NCBI GenBank assembly: GCA_964510345.1
Contig: CAZEBB010000007.1
Location: forward strand, 3,161 to 67,160
Origin: an uncultured Peptoniphilaceae bacterium
GTDB taxonomy: Bacteria > Bacillota > Clostridia > Tissierellales > Peptoniphilaceae
DNA length: 64,000 nucleotides
Direction: 5' to 3'
This document shows, one piece after another, positions 19,147 to 26,841 of this stretch (positions within the stretch are counted from its first letter, which is position 1; each line of letters starts with the position of its first letter). The position numbers and the translations under genes are program-made. Under the pieces are notes generated by a model, which was given only the letters and a program-made list of their open reading frames with translations, had not been told where the DNA came from and did no database searches.

Positions 19147-19668
19147 TTACCCTCCATACAAAATGAGTCCAAGCCCCGCCGCAAGCACGATCGCCAGCAC
19201 AGGGTGGACTTTCTTAAATGAAACGATCACAAAAATGAAGACCGCAATACCGAATGCGCGCAGGTCGACGATGACGTCTTGAAAGACCGACACGAAGCCT
19301 GCGGCGATTAAGCCGACCACGACCACGCGAAGCCCTTTGAAGAACAGTTCCACCGTTTTGTTTCCGCGAAGTTTTGAAATGAAAATAAACATCAGTGTGA
19401 CGATGAGAAACGAGGGCAGGATGACGCCCAAAGTAGCGACCGCGCCCCCGAGAATTCCGTACTGGCTATGCCCGACGAAAGTCGCCGTATTGACGGCGAT
19501 CGGGCCGGGTGTCATTTCAGAAATGGCCAGCATATCGACAAACTGCGTTTCGGTGAGCCAAGGATGGCGCACCGTAACCTCTTGTTGAATGAGCGGCAGC
19601 ATAGCGTAACCGCCTCCAAAGCTGAACGCTCCGATTTTTAAGAATGTGATGAACAATTGCCAGAGCAT
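19147..19668 (-). CDS. chrA: Chromate transporter family protein (ChrA half-size)
   Basis: 173 aa with the FSFGGGYAMLP motif. It is paired with the downstream half-size gene. Confidence 0.8.
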   Translation of the reverse strand: MLWQLFITFLKIGAFSFGGGYAMLPLIQQEVTVRHPWLTETQFVDMLAISEMTPGPIAVNTATFVGHSQYGILGGAVATLGVILPSFLIVTLMFIFISKLRGNKTVELFFKGLRVVVVGLIAAGFVSVFQDVIVDLRAFGIAVFIFVIVSFKKVHPVLAIVLAAGLGLILYGG

Positions 19669-20489
19669 GGGGTATCTCCTAACTTCCGGGAGAGGATCAT
19701 TCGATCTAACCCGGACAAGTCCTTTTGCACTGAAATATCCGTATAACCGTTGGCTTCCAATAGATGGACCACCGACTCCGCTTGCGTAGCGCCGATCTCC
19801 AACAGGAGATAGCCGCCGTCTTTGAGGTAGCCGGGCGCCTCAGGGATCAGCCTTTCGTAGACATCGAGCCCTTCCGTGCCGGCAAACAGCGCCATCGAAG
19901 GTTCAAAAGTCAATTCTTTCTGCAAGTGTTCTTTTTCGTGATTCGCCAAATAGGGCGGATTGGAGATGATGATGTCGAAGCATTCCCCTTCGACTGCAGA
20001 AAAGAGATCGCCCTCCAGAAAATGAACCTTGTCTAAACCGAGGTTTCTCTTGTTCTCTTCGGCCACCGCCAACGCGCTGCGGGAAATGTCCGTGCCGAAG
20101 ACATTGGCTTCGGGCAAGTGCTTTTGTACCGCAAGCGCGATCGCACCCGAGCCGAAGCCCACATCCAACACCGAAGGGTCCTCCCATTCGTGTTCGTTCG
20201 CGATGTGGAGCGCGCAATCGACCAACAGCTCGGTCTCCGGTCGGGGGATCAACACCCCTTCTTCTACTTTAAGCTCCAGCGTGTAAAAATCCCAGCGACC
20301 AAGAATATACTGCAGTGGATAGCCCTGCTTTCTAAGAGCCACTGCGCGATGCACCAGTTCTTCGACTTTATGAATGACCGGGTCGTCCAAATGCGCGTAC
20401 ACGTACCCGGGGCTCGTCATCAGATAGTGCGACAGGATCTTGATCACTTCCTGTCGGTCCCAAATTTGTAATAGGTCGCGAATTACCAT
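19638..20489 (-). CDS. prmC: Release factor glutamine N5-methyltransferase PrmC
   Basis: 283 aa. SAM-binding VLDVGFGSGAI and the catalytic NPPY motif. Confidence 0.9.
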   Translation of the reverse strand: MVIRDLLQIWDRQEVIKILSHYLMTSPGYVYAHLDDPVIHKVEELVHRAVALRKQGYPLQYILGRWDFYTLELKVEEGVLIPRPETELLVDCALHIANEHEWEDPSVLDVGFGSGAIALAVQKHLPEANVFGTDISRSALAVAEENKRNLGLDKVHFLEGDLFSAVEGECFDIIISNPPYLANHEKEHLQKELTFEPSMALFAGTEGLDVYERLIPEAPGYLKDGGYLLLEIGATQAESVVHLLEANGYTDISVQKDLSGLDRMILSRKLGDTPCSGNCSSHS

Positions 20490-21433
20490 CGGTCTGCGTC
20501 CGCGTCATCGGGGATGACTTCCTGCAATGCGACGATCGCTACTTCGATCTGGTCGTCTTCCGGCTCACGCACGGTCGCCGTGCCTTGCAACCAAAGCCCC
20601 GGCGCTGAGATGAGCTCCGCCAGCTTTCCATCCGAACGGCCGACAAAGCGGTTGACCTCATAGGCGATGCCTGCGATCAGCGGAAGCGTCAAAAGACGCA
20701 CCGCCATGCGAACCCACGGGTTCGGCCATCCGAAGACAGACAGCACCAGGATCGAGATCAGCATGACATTAAACAGGAAACTCGTGCCGCAGCGCGGGTG
20801 TTCGATCGGGTATTTTTTTACGTTGACGACGGTGAGTTCCTCGCCGTGCTCGTAGCAGTGTATCGTCTTGTGCTCCGCCCCGTGATATCCGAAGACCCGT
20901 TTCACCTCGGGCATGCGGGAGATCAGGATCACATAGGCTAAAAAGATACCGATGCGGATCAGCCCTTCTACGAGATTGAGAGCGATCGAATTCGTGATGA
21001 CCTTCGCAAACAGAGAGGTCAAAAGAGTCGGCAAAAAGAAGAACAATCCGATGGCCGCTACCAAAGAGAAGGCAATGCTTCCCCATTGTTCGATCGCCTG
21101 TTCGTTCTTCTCGTACCATTTTTTGAGCCAATTCGGCGCATTCTTTTCAAAGAATGTCTCTTTCTCGGGTTCTTCGATCTCGACGAGATCGGCACTGAAC
21201 ATCAGCGCATCGATCCCTAAGCGCATGGAGTCCACCAAGGTGACGACCCCCCGGATAATGGGCCAACGCTTCCAGCTCGCCTTCGCAGGCGGTTTCAGCG
21301 GGCGGTGTTCGATAACGATACCGTCCCCTGTTCGACATACGATCGCCATCTTGTCCGGACCGCGCATCAGAATTCCTTCGATCAGCGCCTGTCCTCCGAT
21401 GGACGTCTTCTTTGTTGTCTTTCCCATTTCCAC
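20483..21433 (-). CDS. DUF1385-domain membrane protein (YqhQ-like)
   Basis: 316 aa with IGGQALIEGILMRGP. This is the conserved partner gene between rpmE and prmC in Firmicutes. Confidence 0.7.
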   Translation of the reverse strand: MEMGKTTKKTSIGGQALIEGILMRGPDKMAIVCRTGDGIVIEHRPLKPPAKASWKRWPIIRGVVTLVDSMRLGIDALMFSADLVEIEEPEKETFFEKNAPNWLKKWYEKNEQAIEQWGSIAFSLVAAIGLFFFLPTLLTSLFAKVITNSIALNLVEGLIRIGIFLAYVILISRMPEVKRVFGYHGAEHKTIHCYEHGEELTVVNVKKYPIEHPRCGTSFLFNVMLISILVLSVFGWPNPWVRMAVRLLTLPLIAGIAYEVNRFVGRSDGKLAELISAPGLWLQGTATVREPEDDQIEVAIVALQEVIPDDADADRW

Positions 21434-21444
21434 TCCTCTATAAT

Positions 21445-21480
21445 GAAAAAGGTTAAAGCAAACGGTTTTGCCTTAACCTT
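21445..21480 (-). terminator. Rho-independent terminator of rpmE
   Basis: Minus-strand AAGGTTAAGGCAAAACCGTTTGCTTTAACCTT is followed by TTTTC. Confidence 0.7.
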
Positions 21481-21487
21481 CTCTCGA

Positions 21488-21688
21488 CTAGTCGATATTG
21501 TATTTCTTCTTAAATTTCTCAACTCGTCCGCCACGCTCAACAAACTTTTGTTTTCCCGTGTAGAAAGGATGGCACTCGGAGCATACATCCACTTTCAGCT
21601 CCGCTTGCGTAGAGGCCGTTTTGAATGTATTTCCACAGGCGCAGACGACAGTTGTTTCCTGATATTCAGGATGAAGTTCTTTTTTCAT
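21488..21688 (-). CDS. rpmE: 50S ribosomal protein L31 (Cys-containing form)
   Basis: [22 protein letters not shown]...[10 protein letters not shown]. The ATG at 21686-21688 lies 6 nt after GAGGTG. Confidence 0.95.
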   Translation of the reverse strand: MKKELHPEYQETTVVCACGNTFKTASTQAELKVDVCSECHPFYTGKQKFVERGGRVEKFKKKYNID

Positions 21689-21797
21689 GTCTATCACCTC
21701 GATTCGATCAAATTTCCAATTACAGATTACGTAACTATATCATCCTACCACAATTTGTCGCGCATAGCAAGAACGCCAACGTGTATTTGTGTTCGTT

Positions 21798-23264
21798 CTA
21801 CGCGTCTCCGTTGCTGCCCATGCTCTCGAGCATCTGGCGGACGAAGACTTCGTTTGTATCGGTCTTACGCATGGAATCGTACATTTTCTCCAGCAGGTGA
21901 TTGTCCGCGTCGCGCTGCATGAGACGGCGCAGCATGACCATCGCATCAAACTCATCCGGGGCAAGGAGCGTCTCTTCTCGCCTCGTGCCCGAGTTTAGGA
22001 TGTGAATGGCCGGGAAGATGCGCATATTGGCGATGTTTCTGTCTAAATGCAGCTCCATATTGCCGGTACCCTTAAACTCCTCGTAAATCACATCGTCCAT
22101 ACGAGAGCCCGTGTCGACGAGCGCCGTCGCGAGGATCGTGAGGCTTCCGCCGTGCTCGATATTGCGCGCCGCACCGAAAAAGCGCTTGGGCTTGTGAAAC
22201 GCCGACGCATCGATCCCGCCGGAGAGCAGTTTTCCCGAAGGCGGTTGAAACAGGTTGTACGCGCGGGTGAGGCGCGTGATGGAGTCGAGCAGTATGACGA
22301 CATCTTTCCCATGTTCCACCAGTCGCTTTGCGCGCTCCAACACGATCTCAGAGATGCGCACGTGGTTTTGCGGCAACTCGTCGAAGGTCGACGCAACGAC
22401 ATCGCCTTTGACGCTGCGGCGGATGTCGGTGACTTCCTCCGGGCGTTCGTCGATCAAGAGCACGATGATCTCGATCTCAGGGTGATTGATCGCGATGGCG
22501 TTGGCAATTTGCTTGAGCATGGTCGTCTTTCCGGCTTTCGGCGGCGATACGATCAGCCCTCTTTGCCCTTTGCCGATCGGTGCGATCAGATCGACGAGCC
22601 GCGGTGCCAAGAGCTCCGGCGCGTGTTCGAGCGTGATGCGCGTATCCGGATAGATCGGTGTAAAATCTTCAAACTCACGGCGCCCCCACAGTTTGTCGGG
22701 CGTGTCGCCGTTGACGGTTTTTACATAGATCAGCGCGTTGAATTTTTCGGTCGTCTTCTCTCGGGTGATGCCTTCGATATAGTCGCCGGTGCGCAGGCGA
22801 AATCGGCGCACTTGTTGCGGCGGGACATAGGTGTCGTTTTCACCGGAGTAGTAGTGGGCGCTTCGCAAGAATCCGTAGCCGTCGGGGTGTAAATCGAGTA
22901 CGCCCTGCACTTCGATCTTGTGGTCGCCCTCTCGTGTGGTTGAAGCCGTTTTCTCGGCCGTTCGCCCTTCTTTGACCGGGCGATCCTCGTCAGACTCATC
23001 GGCCGGTTCCGGGTTCGGCTCTTCTGCGGGCGGCTGCGACTCCGTTTTCTTTTCCGCGCGCTGTTTTTTTACGGCTTTCACCACAGGCTTTTTCTTCGGT
23101 TCTATCGGCTCTTCCTGTGCAGCCGGTGTTTTCTGCGCTTGCACGTCTTCAATGCGTTCAATCAGCGCATCTTTTTTGAGCTGCGCAAAATAAGTAATGC
23201 CTAATTGCTTGGCGATTTCTCGTAATTGTGTCACTTTAAGATCGGTAAGTACGGGTTGGGTCAT
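21798..23264 (-). CDS. rho: Transcription termination factor Rho (with an N-terminal low-complexity insertion)
   Basis: Rho_N helix bundle, RNA-binding OB domain, RecA-type ATPase (PPKAGKT). The start was taken as MTQPVL (ATG 23262-23264); the ORF-track start at 23285 is a TTG without an RBS. Confidence 0.95.
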   Translation of the reverse strand: MTQPVLTDLKVTQLREIAKQLGITYFAQLKKDALIERIEDVQAQKTPAAQEEPIEPKKKPVVKAVKKQRAEKKTESQPPAEEPNPEPADESDEDRPVKEGRTAEKTASTTREGDHKIEVQGVLDLHPDGYGFLRSAHYYSGENDTYVPPQQVRRFRLRTGDYIEGITREKTTEKFNALIYVKTVNGDTPDKLWGRREFEDFTPIYPDTRITLEHAPELLAPRLVDLIAPIGKGQRGLIVSPPKAGKTTMLKQIANAIAINHPEIEIIVLLIDERPEEVTDIRRSVKGDVVASTFDELPQNHVRISEIVLERAKRLVEHGKDVVILLDSITRLTRAYNLFQPPSGKLLSGGIDASAFHKPKRFFGAARNIEHGGSLTILATALVDTGSRMDDVIYEEFKGTGNMELHLDRNIANMRIFPAIHILNSGTRREETLLAPDEFDAMVMLRRLMQRDADNHLLEKMYDSMRKTDTNEVFVRQMLESMGSNGDA

Positions 23265-23455
23265 AAAATTGTCAAGATCCTCCAAAGGTTGCCGAATGGC
23301 AGAATTAATAAATTTGTGTACGAAATAGGCAGCGTGTGACGCGATAGCGTCGGATAAAGGAAATCCACCATAGAATTCAATATGTATAGAAAAAAATTAC
23401 AGTCTCCGGGGACACTTGAGTGCACGCCTGTGTCTGATTATATCACAAGTATTTG

Positions 23456-23497
23456 CAAAAAAAGAACCGTTTGAGCGATTTTCTCACTCAAACGGTC
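23456..23497 (-). terminator. Rho-independent terminator of nrdJ
   Basis: Minus-strand ACCGTTTGAG-(11-nt loop)-CTCAAACGGT is followed by TCTTTTTTT. It starts 15 nt after the out-of-frame stop at 23512 and overlaps the frame-0 stop at 23484. Confidence 0.75.
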
Positions 23498-25622
23498 TAC
23501 ATTCGTTTTTATCACACGGAACACGGAGAGAATCCGCAGTCCTGGCACTCGGCACAACCGCCGGAATGCTGCATCGGGCCACCGCACATCGGGCAGACAT
23601 CCGGGTTTTCACCCAACTCTTCCTCTGCCAATTCGTTGATCTCTTCGCGCAACTGATCGATACGGGAGATGCGGTGATCAGGATCCCTGAGCGCTCGCAA
23701 CCGTCGCGATAGATCGTAATGCCCTTCAAGCCGTTCTCCCATGCGTACATGTAGAGGTCTTCCACCTGGTTAATCGTGAAGTCGTTGGGCACGTTGACGG
23801 TCGATGAAATGCTCGCGTCGATATACTCCTGCCAAGCGGCCTGTACGCGGATGCGGTCCTTGTAGTCCAAGGTCGACGTCGTCACGATGAAATCGGGAAG
23901 CTCGGCCTCTTCGTCGATATTGTTGATCTGCATATACTCGCGGACGATCGGTGTAAACACTTTGTAATACGTATCCTCGTGGTGTAATGACTCGGACTTT
24001 CTCGTGTAAGCGATCTGGAACAGGGGCTCTAAGCCGTTGGAGCAACCGATCAAGGTCGAGATGCTGCCCGTCGGCGCGATCGTGAGCAGTTGGCTATTGC
24101 GAAGACCATGCTTTTTGATCAGTTCCAAGGTCTCTTCCGTCGCGTTTGCTTGCAGGAAGGGCGACGCCAAAACAGCTTCCGCTTTGTAGTCCGGGAACGG
24201 GCCGTCTTTTTCCGCCAACCGTGCCGATTCACACAGCGCTTCGTTGATTAGCATATGCCCGATCTCGTGGATCAACGCGATGGATTCATCAGAACCGTAG
24301 CGGATCCCCATCTTGATGAACAGGTCGGCGGCTCCCATGAGGCCTAGGCCGATCTGGCGCAGTCTTTCGGACATCTCCCGTTGTTGCGGCAGCGGGTGCA
24401 GGCGCATATTGTCGTCCAAGATGTCGTTCAGGTAGACGACGCCTTCACGCACGGCGCGCTGCAGACGTGGCCAGTCGATGCTCGCCTCTTCCGTAAAGGG
24501 GCGCAGAACGAATTCGCCGAGGTTGATCGAGCTTAAGTTACAGCTGCCGAACGCGGGCAGCGGCTCTTCCGCACACGGATTGACGCCGGCGTATTCAAAG
24601 CTCTCGTCTTCGCTCATCAGGTGCCAGCGATTGATCTTGTCCTGATACAGTATCCCCGGCTCCGCCATGCGCCAGTTATTCTTGGCGAGTTTGCGGAACA
24701 GTTCTTTCGCGCGGATCTTTCGGCTGATCTCCTCACCCGAAGCTTCTACTTTGAAATAGAGCTCGTACTCTTCGTCATTTTTGACGGCTTTCATGAAATT
24801 GTCGTCGATATTGACGGAAATATTCGCGTATGTCACTTTGGACAGGTCATTTTTTACATCGATGAATTCTTCGATATCCGGGTGATTGACATCCAGGTTA
24901 AGCATGAGCGCACCGCGTCGGCCGCGCATCCCGATCAGTCCCGTGACCAGCGAAAACAGGTCCATAAAAGAAACCGTCCCGGTCGTCGTCGCCGCCGCAT
25001 TGTTCACTTTCGCACCCTTCGGGCGAAGTTTTGAAAGCGTCAGCCCGCAACCGCCCCCGAAGGAGTACGTGCGCGCCAGGTATTTCGCCGTATCGAAGAT
25101 GTCTTCGATGCTGTCTTCCACTTTCGGCATGACATAGCAGTTGGACAAGGTGATCTTGCGGCCGATCTTGTCCAGCCCTCGACCGGCCAGAATGCGTCCC
25201 GCCGGCATGAAGCGCTTGTCGCGGATCGCCTTTTTGATATATTCGTTGCCGCCGCTCACGCGCGTCAGGAAGTCGTCGAATGTTTCGGAGTCGTATTTAT
25301 ATTTTTTCTCGTAGATATCGCGTTGGAGGTCGGTCATATCCCAGCCGTGCTCGCGGAGCTTGGCTCGCTCTACGCGATACAGGATGTAGCGCTTCGCCAC
25401 TTCCGGCGTATAGCGCATCAGCTGGATTTCTACAAAATCTTGAATCTCTTCGATCGATACCGACTCTTTGTCGGCGAATTTTTCTTTCGCTTCTTCCGCA
25501 ATCTGTTTTGACAGTGCTTCGTCAAACCCGCCTGAAACTTCATTCATCGCCTTTTCGATGGCGTGTTGGATCTTTTCCGCTTCGAAATCGACGATGACGC
25601 CGTTCCGTTTTTCCACTTTCAT
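23484..25622 (-). CDS. nrdJ: Adenosylcobalamin-dependent (class II) ribonucleotide reductase NrdJ; reading frame disrupted near the 3' end
   Basis: N-terminal ATP-cone, an RNR barrel with NPCAEEPLPAFGSCNLSS, and the conserved GITIYRDGCERSGIL. After about 23676 the frame-0 tail is non-homologous and runs into the terminator. Confidence 0.85.
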   Translation of the reverse strand: MKVEKRNGVIVDFEAEKIQHAIEKAMNEVSGGFDEALSKQIAEEAKEKFADKESVSIEEIQDFVEIQLMRYTPEVAKRYILYRVERAKLREHGWDMTDLQRDIYEKKYKYDSETFDDFLTRVSGGNEYIKKAIRDKRFMPAGRILAGRGLDKIGRKITLSNCYVMPKVEDSIEDIFDTAKYLARTYSFGGGCGLTLSKLRPKGAKVNNAAATTTGTVSFMDLFSLVTGLIGMRGRRGALMLNLDVNHPDIEEFIDVKNDLSKVTYANISVNIDDNFMKAVKNDEEYELYFKVEASGEEISRKIRAKELFRKLAKNNWRMAEPGILYQDKINRWHLMSEDESFEYAGVNPCAEEPLPAFGSCNLSSINLGEFVLRPFTEEASIDWPRLQRAVREGVVYLNDILDDNMRLHPLPQQREMSERLRQIGLGLMGAADLFIKMGIRYGSDESIALIHEIGHMLINEALCESARLAEKDGPFPDYKAEAVLASPFLQANATEETLELIKKHGLRNSQLLTIAPTGSISTLIGCSNGLEPLFQIAYTRKSESLHHEDTYYKVFTPIVREYMQINNIDEEAELPDFIVTTSTLDYKDRIRVQAAWQEYIDASISSTVNVPNDFTINQVEDLYMYAWENGLKGITIYRDGCERSGILITASPVSISCAKRSTNWQRKSWVKTRMSARCAVARCSIPAVVPSARTADSLRVPCDKNECRPFE
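23512..23742 (-). other. Out-of-frame segment encoding the expected NrdJ C-terminal Cys-rich (zinc-finger-like) tail
   Basis: The alternate frame gives ...ISRIDQLREEINELAEEELGENPDVCPMCGGPMQHSGGCAECQDCGFSPCSV-stop. The CPxCG...GGCxxCxxCGxSxC pattern matches my recollection of class II RNR C-termini. Confidence 0.7.
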
Positions 25623-25653
25623 ACCAATTCCTCCAAATGATGGTTTGTCTCGT

Positions 25654-25704
25654 TATATACTACATATAGTGTTTGCTCGCAATCGAGCACATAATATATG
25701 TATC
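25654..25704 (-). promoter_or_regulatory. Putative nrdJ promoter with two candidate NrdR boxes
   Basis: On the minus strand, TTGCGA (25677-25682) is followed by a 17-nt spacer and TATATA (25654-25659). Box 1 ATACTACATATAGTGT (25657-25672) matches the NrdR palindrome acaCwAtATaTwGtgt at 14 of 16 positions. A weaker box 2 lies at 25689-25704, with box centres about 32 bp apart. Confidence 0.45.
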
Positions 25705-25855
25705 ATAGGCTATTTCCGGAGCGATGGCAAGCGCAACACAGTCCATTTCTTTGTGCTTTCAGTACAACAATCGTATCTTTTTCCACCCCCTCTCGCAACG
25801 GCTCGGTAATTCCTCCAAAGTTAGCGAGGCTTCCAACCACGAAAATACATACTAT

Positions 25856-25887
25856 CCAAAAAAGAAGGCGCAGAAATTTTCCGCGCC
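25856..25887 (-). terminator. Terminator-like hairpin inside the long trx-nrdJ intergenic region
   Basis: Minus-strand GGCGCGG-AAAATTT-CTGCGCC is followed by TTCTTTTTT. Confidence 0.45.
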
Positions 25888-26140
25888 AATTGCTTGTCAA
25901 CTTTTGGGATAAAAAAAGAGCGACATCCGACGCATCCTAGGAGTGATGATAAAAATAGCATCAACAGAATGGTATCGCCGTCTTCGCCCCTGGGCGAAAA
26001 CCCCAAGCTCACCTAAGAGTGAGGAGCGCTCGGAATACTCTTTGAGGCCATATCTTGGCCGAGCGGCCGTGAGCGTGCCGAGAAGAGTTTTCCGGGCGCG
26101 ACGAACGGACTTTGTCTGCGCTCTATGAAGCGACATCTGC
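25888..26140 (-). ncRNA. Candidate structured RNA or small inserted element (unclassified; strand uncertain)
   Basis: A GC-rich segment packed with hairpins (for example 25984-25997, 26008-26023, 26046-26060 and the long-range pair 26037-26042/26083-26088). Terminator hairpins bracket it at 26155-26176 and 25867-25887. It has no convincing ORF and I recognise no family. Confidence 0.25.
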
Positions 26141-26176
26141 CCATAAATGAGAATCGAGCCGAGGGTTCTCGGCTCG
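26141..26176 (-). terminator. Terminator hairpin after the thioredoxin-like lipoprotein gene
   Basis: Minus-strand CGAGCCGA-GAACCC-TCGGCTCG is followed by ATTCTCATTTAT. Confidence 0.55.
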
Positions 26177-26192
26177 TGTATCGGAATGGTTT

Positions 26193-26756
26193 CTATTCTG
26201 TGAGTTCTGCAAATGCAGCGCGCAGTTCGTCTTCGGTCAATAGCCCGATATGACGCGGCATGGACGTTCCGTCTTCTGAGGTCACATCTTCCATATTCGG
26301 CACGGCTTCCGGCGATACGATATTACCTTCCGCATCTAAGAAGATTTGTGTGGGTGTAAATTGGATCTGATAGTCGATCATCAGCGGAGTGTTTTCCATC
26401 GCATCCACATAGCGTACGATCACGGAGTCCGCGTACTCGTCTTGCAGCGATTTTACATACGGGAGCATTTGCTCGCACGGCGGGCATCCGTCTTGGCTAA
26501 TTTGGAGCATGATGGGTTTGCCTTCGGCAAGGAGCGCGTCCATATCGACAACGCCTTTTTCGATCTCTACGACAGGCGCTTCACTCGCCGCTTCGGTCGC
26601 TGCCGCTTCCGTAATTTCGGATGTTGCGGCTTCTGTGGCTTCGGTCGTCGCTTCGGTCGTCTCGGTGGTCTCCGGGGTTTCGCTCTTGTTGCATGCCGTC
26701 ATCACAAGTGCCAGCACGAGCAATACGCCGAAGAGTGTCCTGATTCTTTTTCGCAT
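26193..26756 (-). CDS. Thioredoxin-fold lipoprotein (TlpA/ResA-like thiol-disulfide oxidoreductase)
   Basis: Lipobox LVMTAC, a T/E/A-rich linker and a CPPC active site (ISQDGCPPCEQMLPY). Confidence 0.75.
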   Translation of the reverse strand: MRKRIRTLFGVLLVLALVMTACNKSETPETTETTEATTEATEAATSEITEAAATEAASEAPVVEIEKGVVDMDALLAEGKPIMLQISQDGCPPCEQMLPYVKSLQDEYADSVIVRYVDAMENTPLMIDYQIQFTPTQIFLDAEGNIVSPEAVPNMEDVTSEDGTSMPRHIGLLTEDELRAAFAELTE

Positions 26757-26841
26757 GGGTATATCTCCTTTATACGATCAATTTGTTCTACTGCTACTAT
26801 TATAGCAAAAGATAAGTAAATAACAAAAGAAAGGACCAAAA

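Noticed and set aside
23484-23511. The frame-0 end of the nrdJ ORF as the genuine C-terminus.
   Set aside because: The tail after GIL is not RNR-like and its stop lies inside the terminator stem. The alternate frame gives the expected Cys-rich tail and stops just before the hairpin.
25970-26130. Motif fragments resembling known RNAs on the minus strand: AAAGTCC (RNase P CR-I-like) and TTAGGTGAGC (M-box-like).
   Set aside because: Only short isolated matches were seen. The other conserved blocks of RNase P (the ACAGAA...GGCTTA type) or the M-box are absent, and the genomic context fits neither. The segment is kept only as an unclassified structured region.
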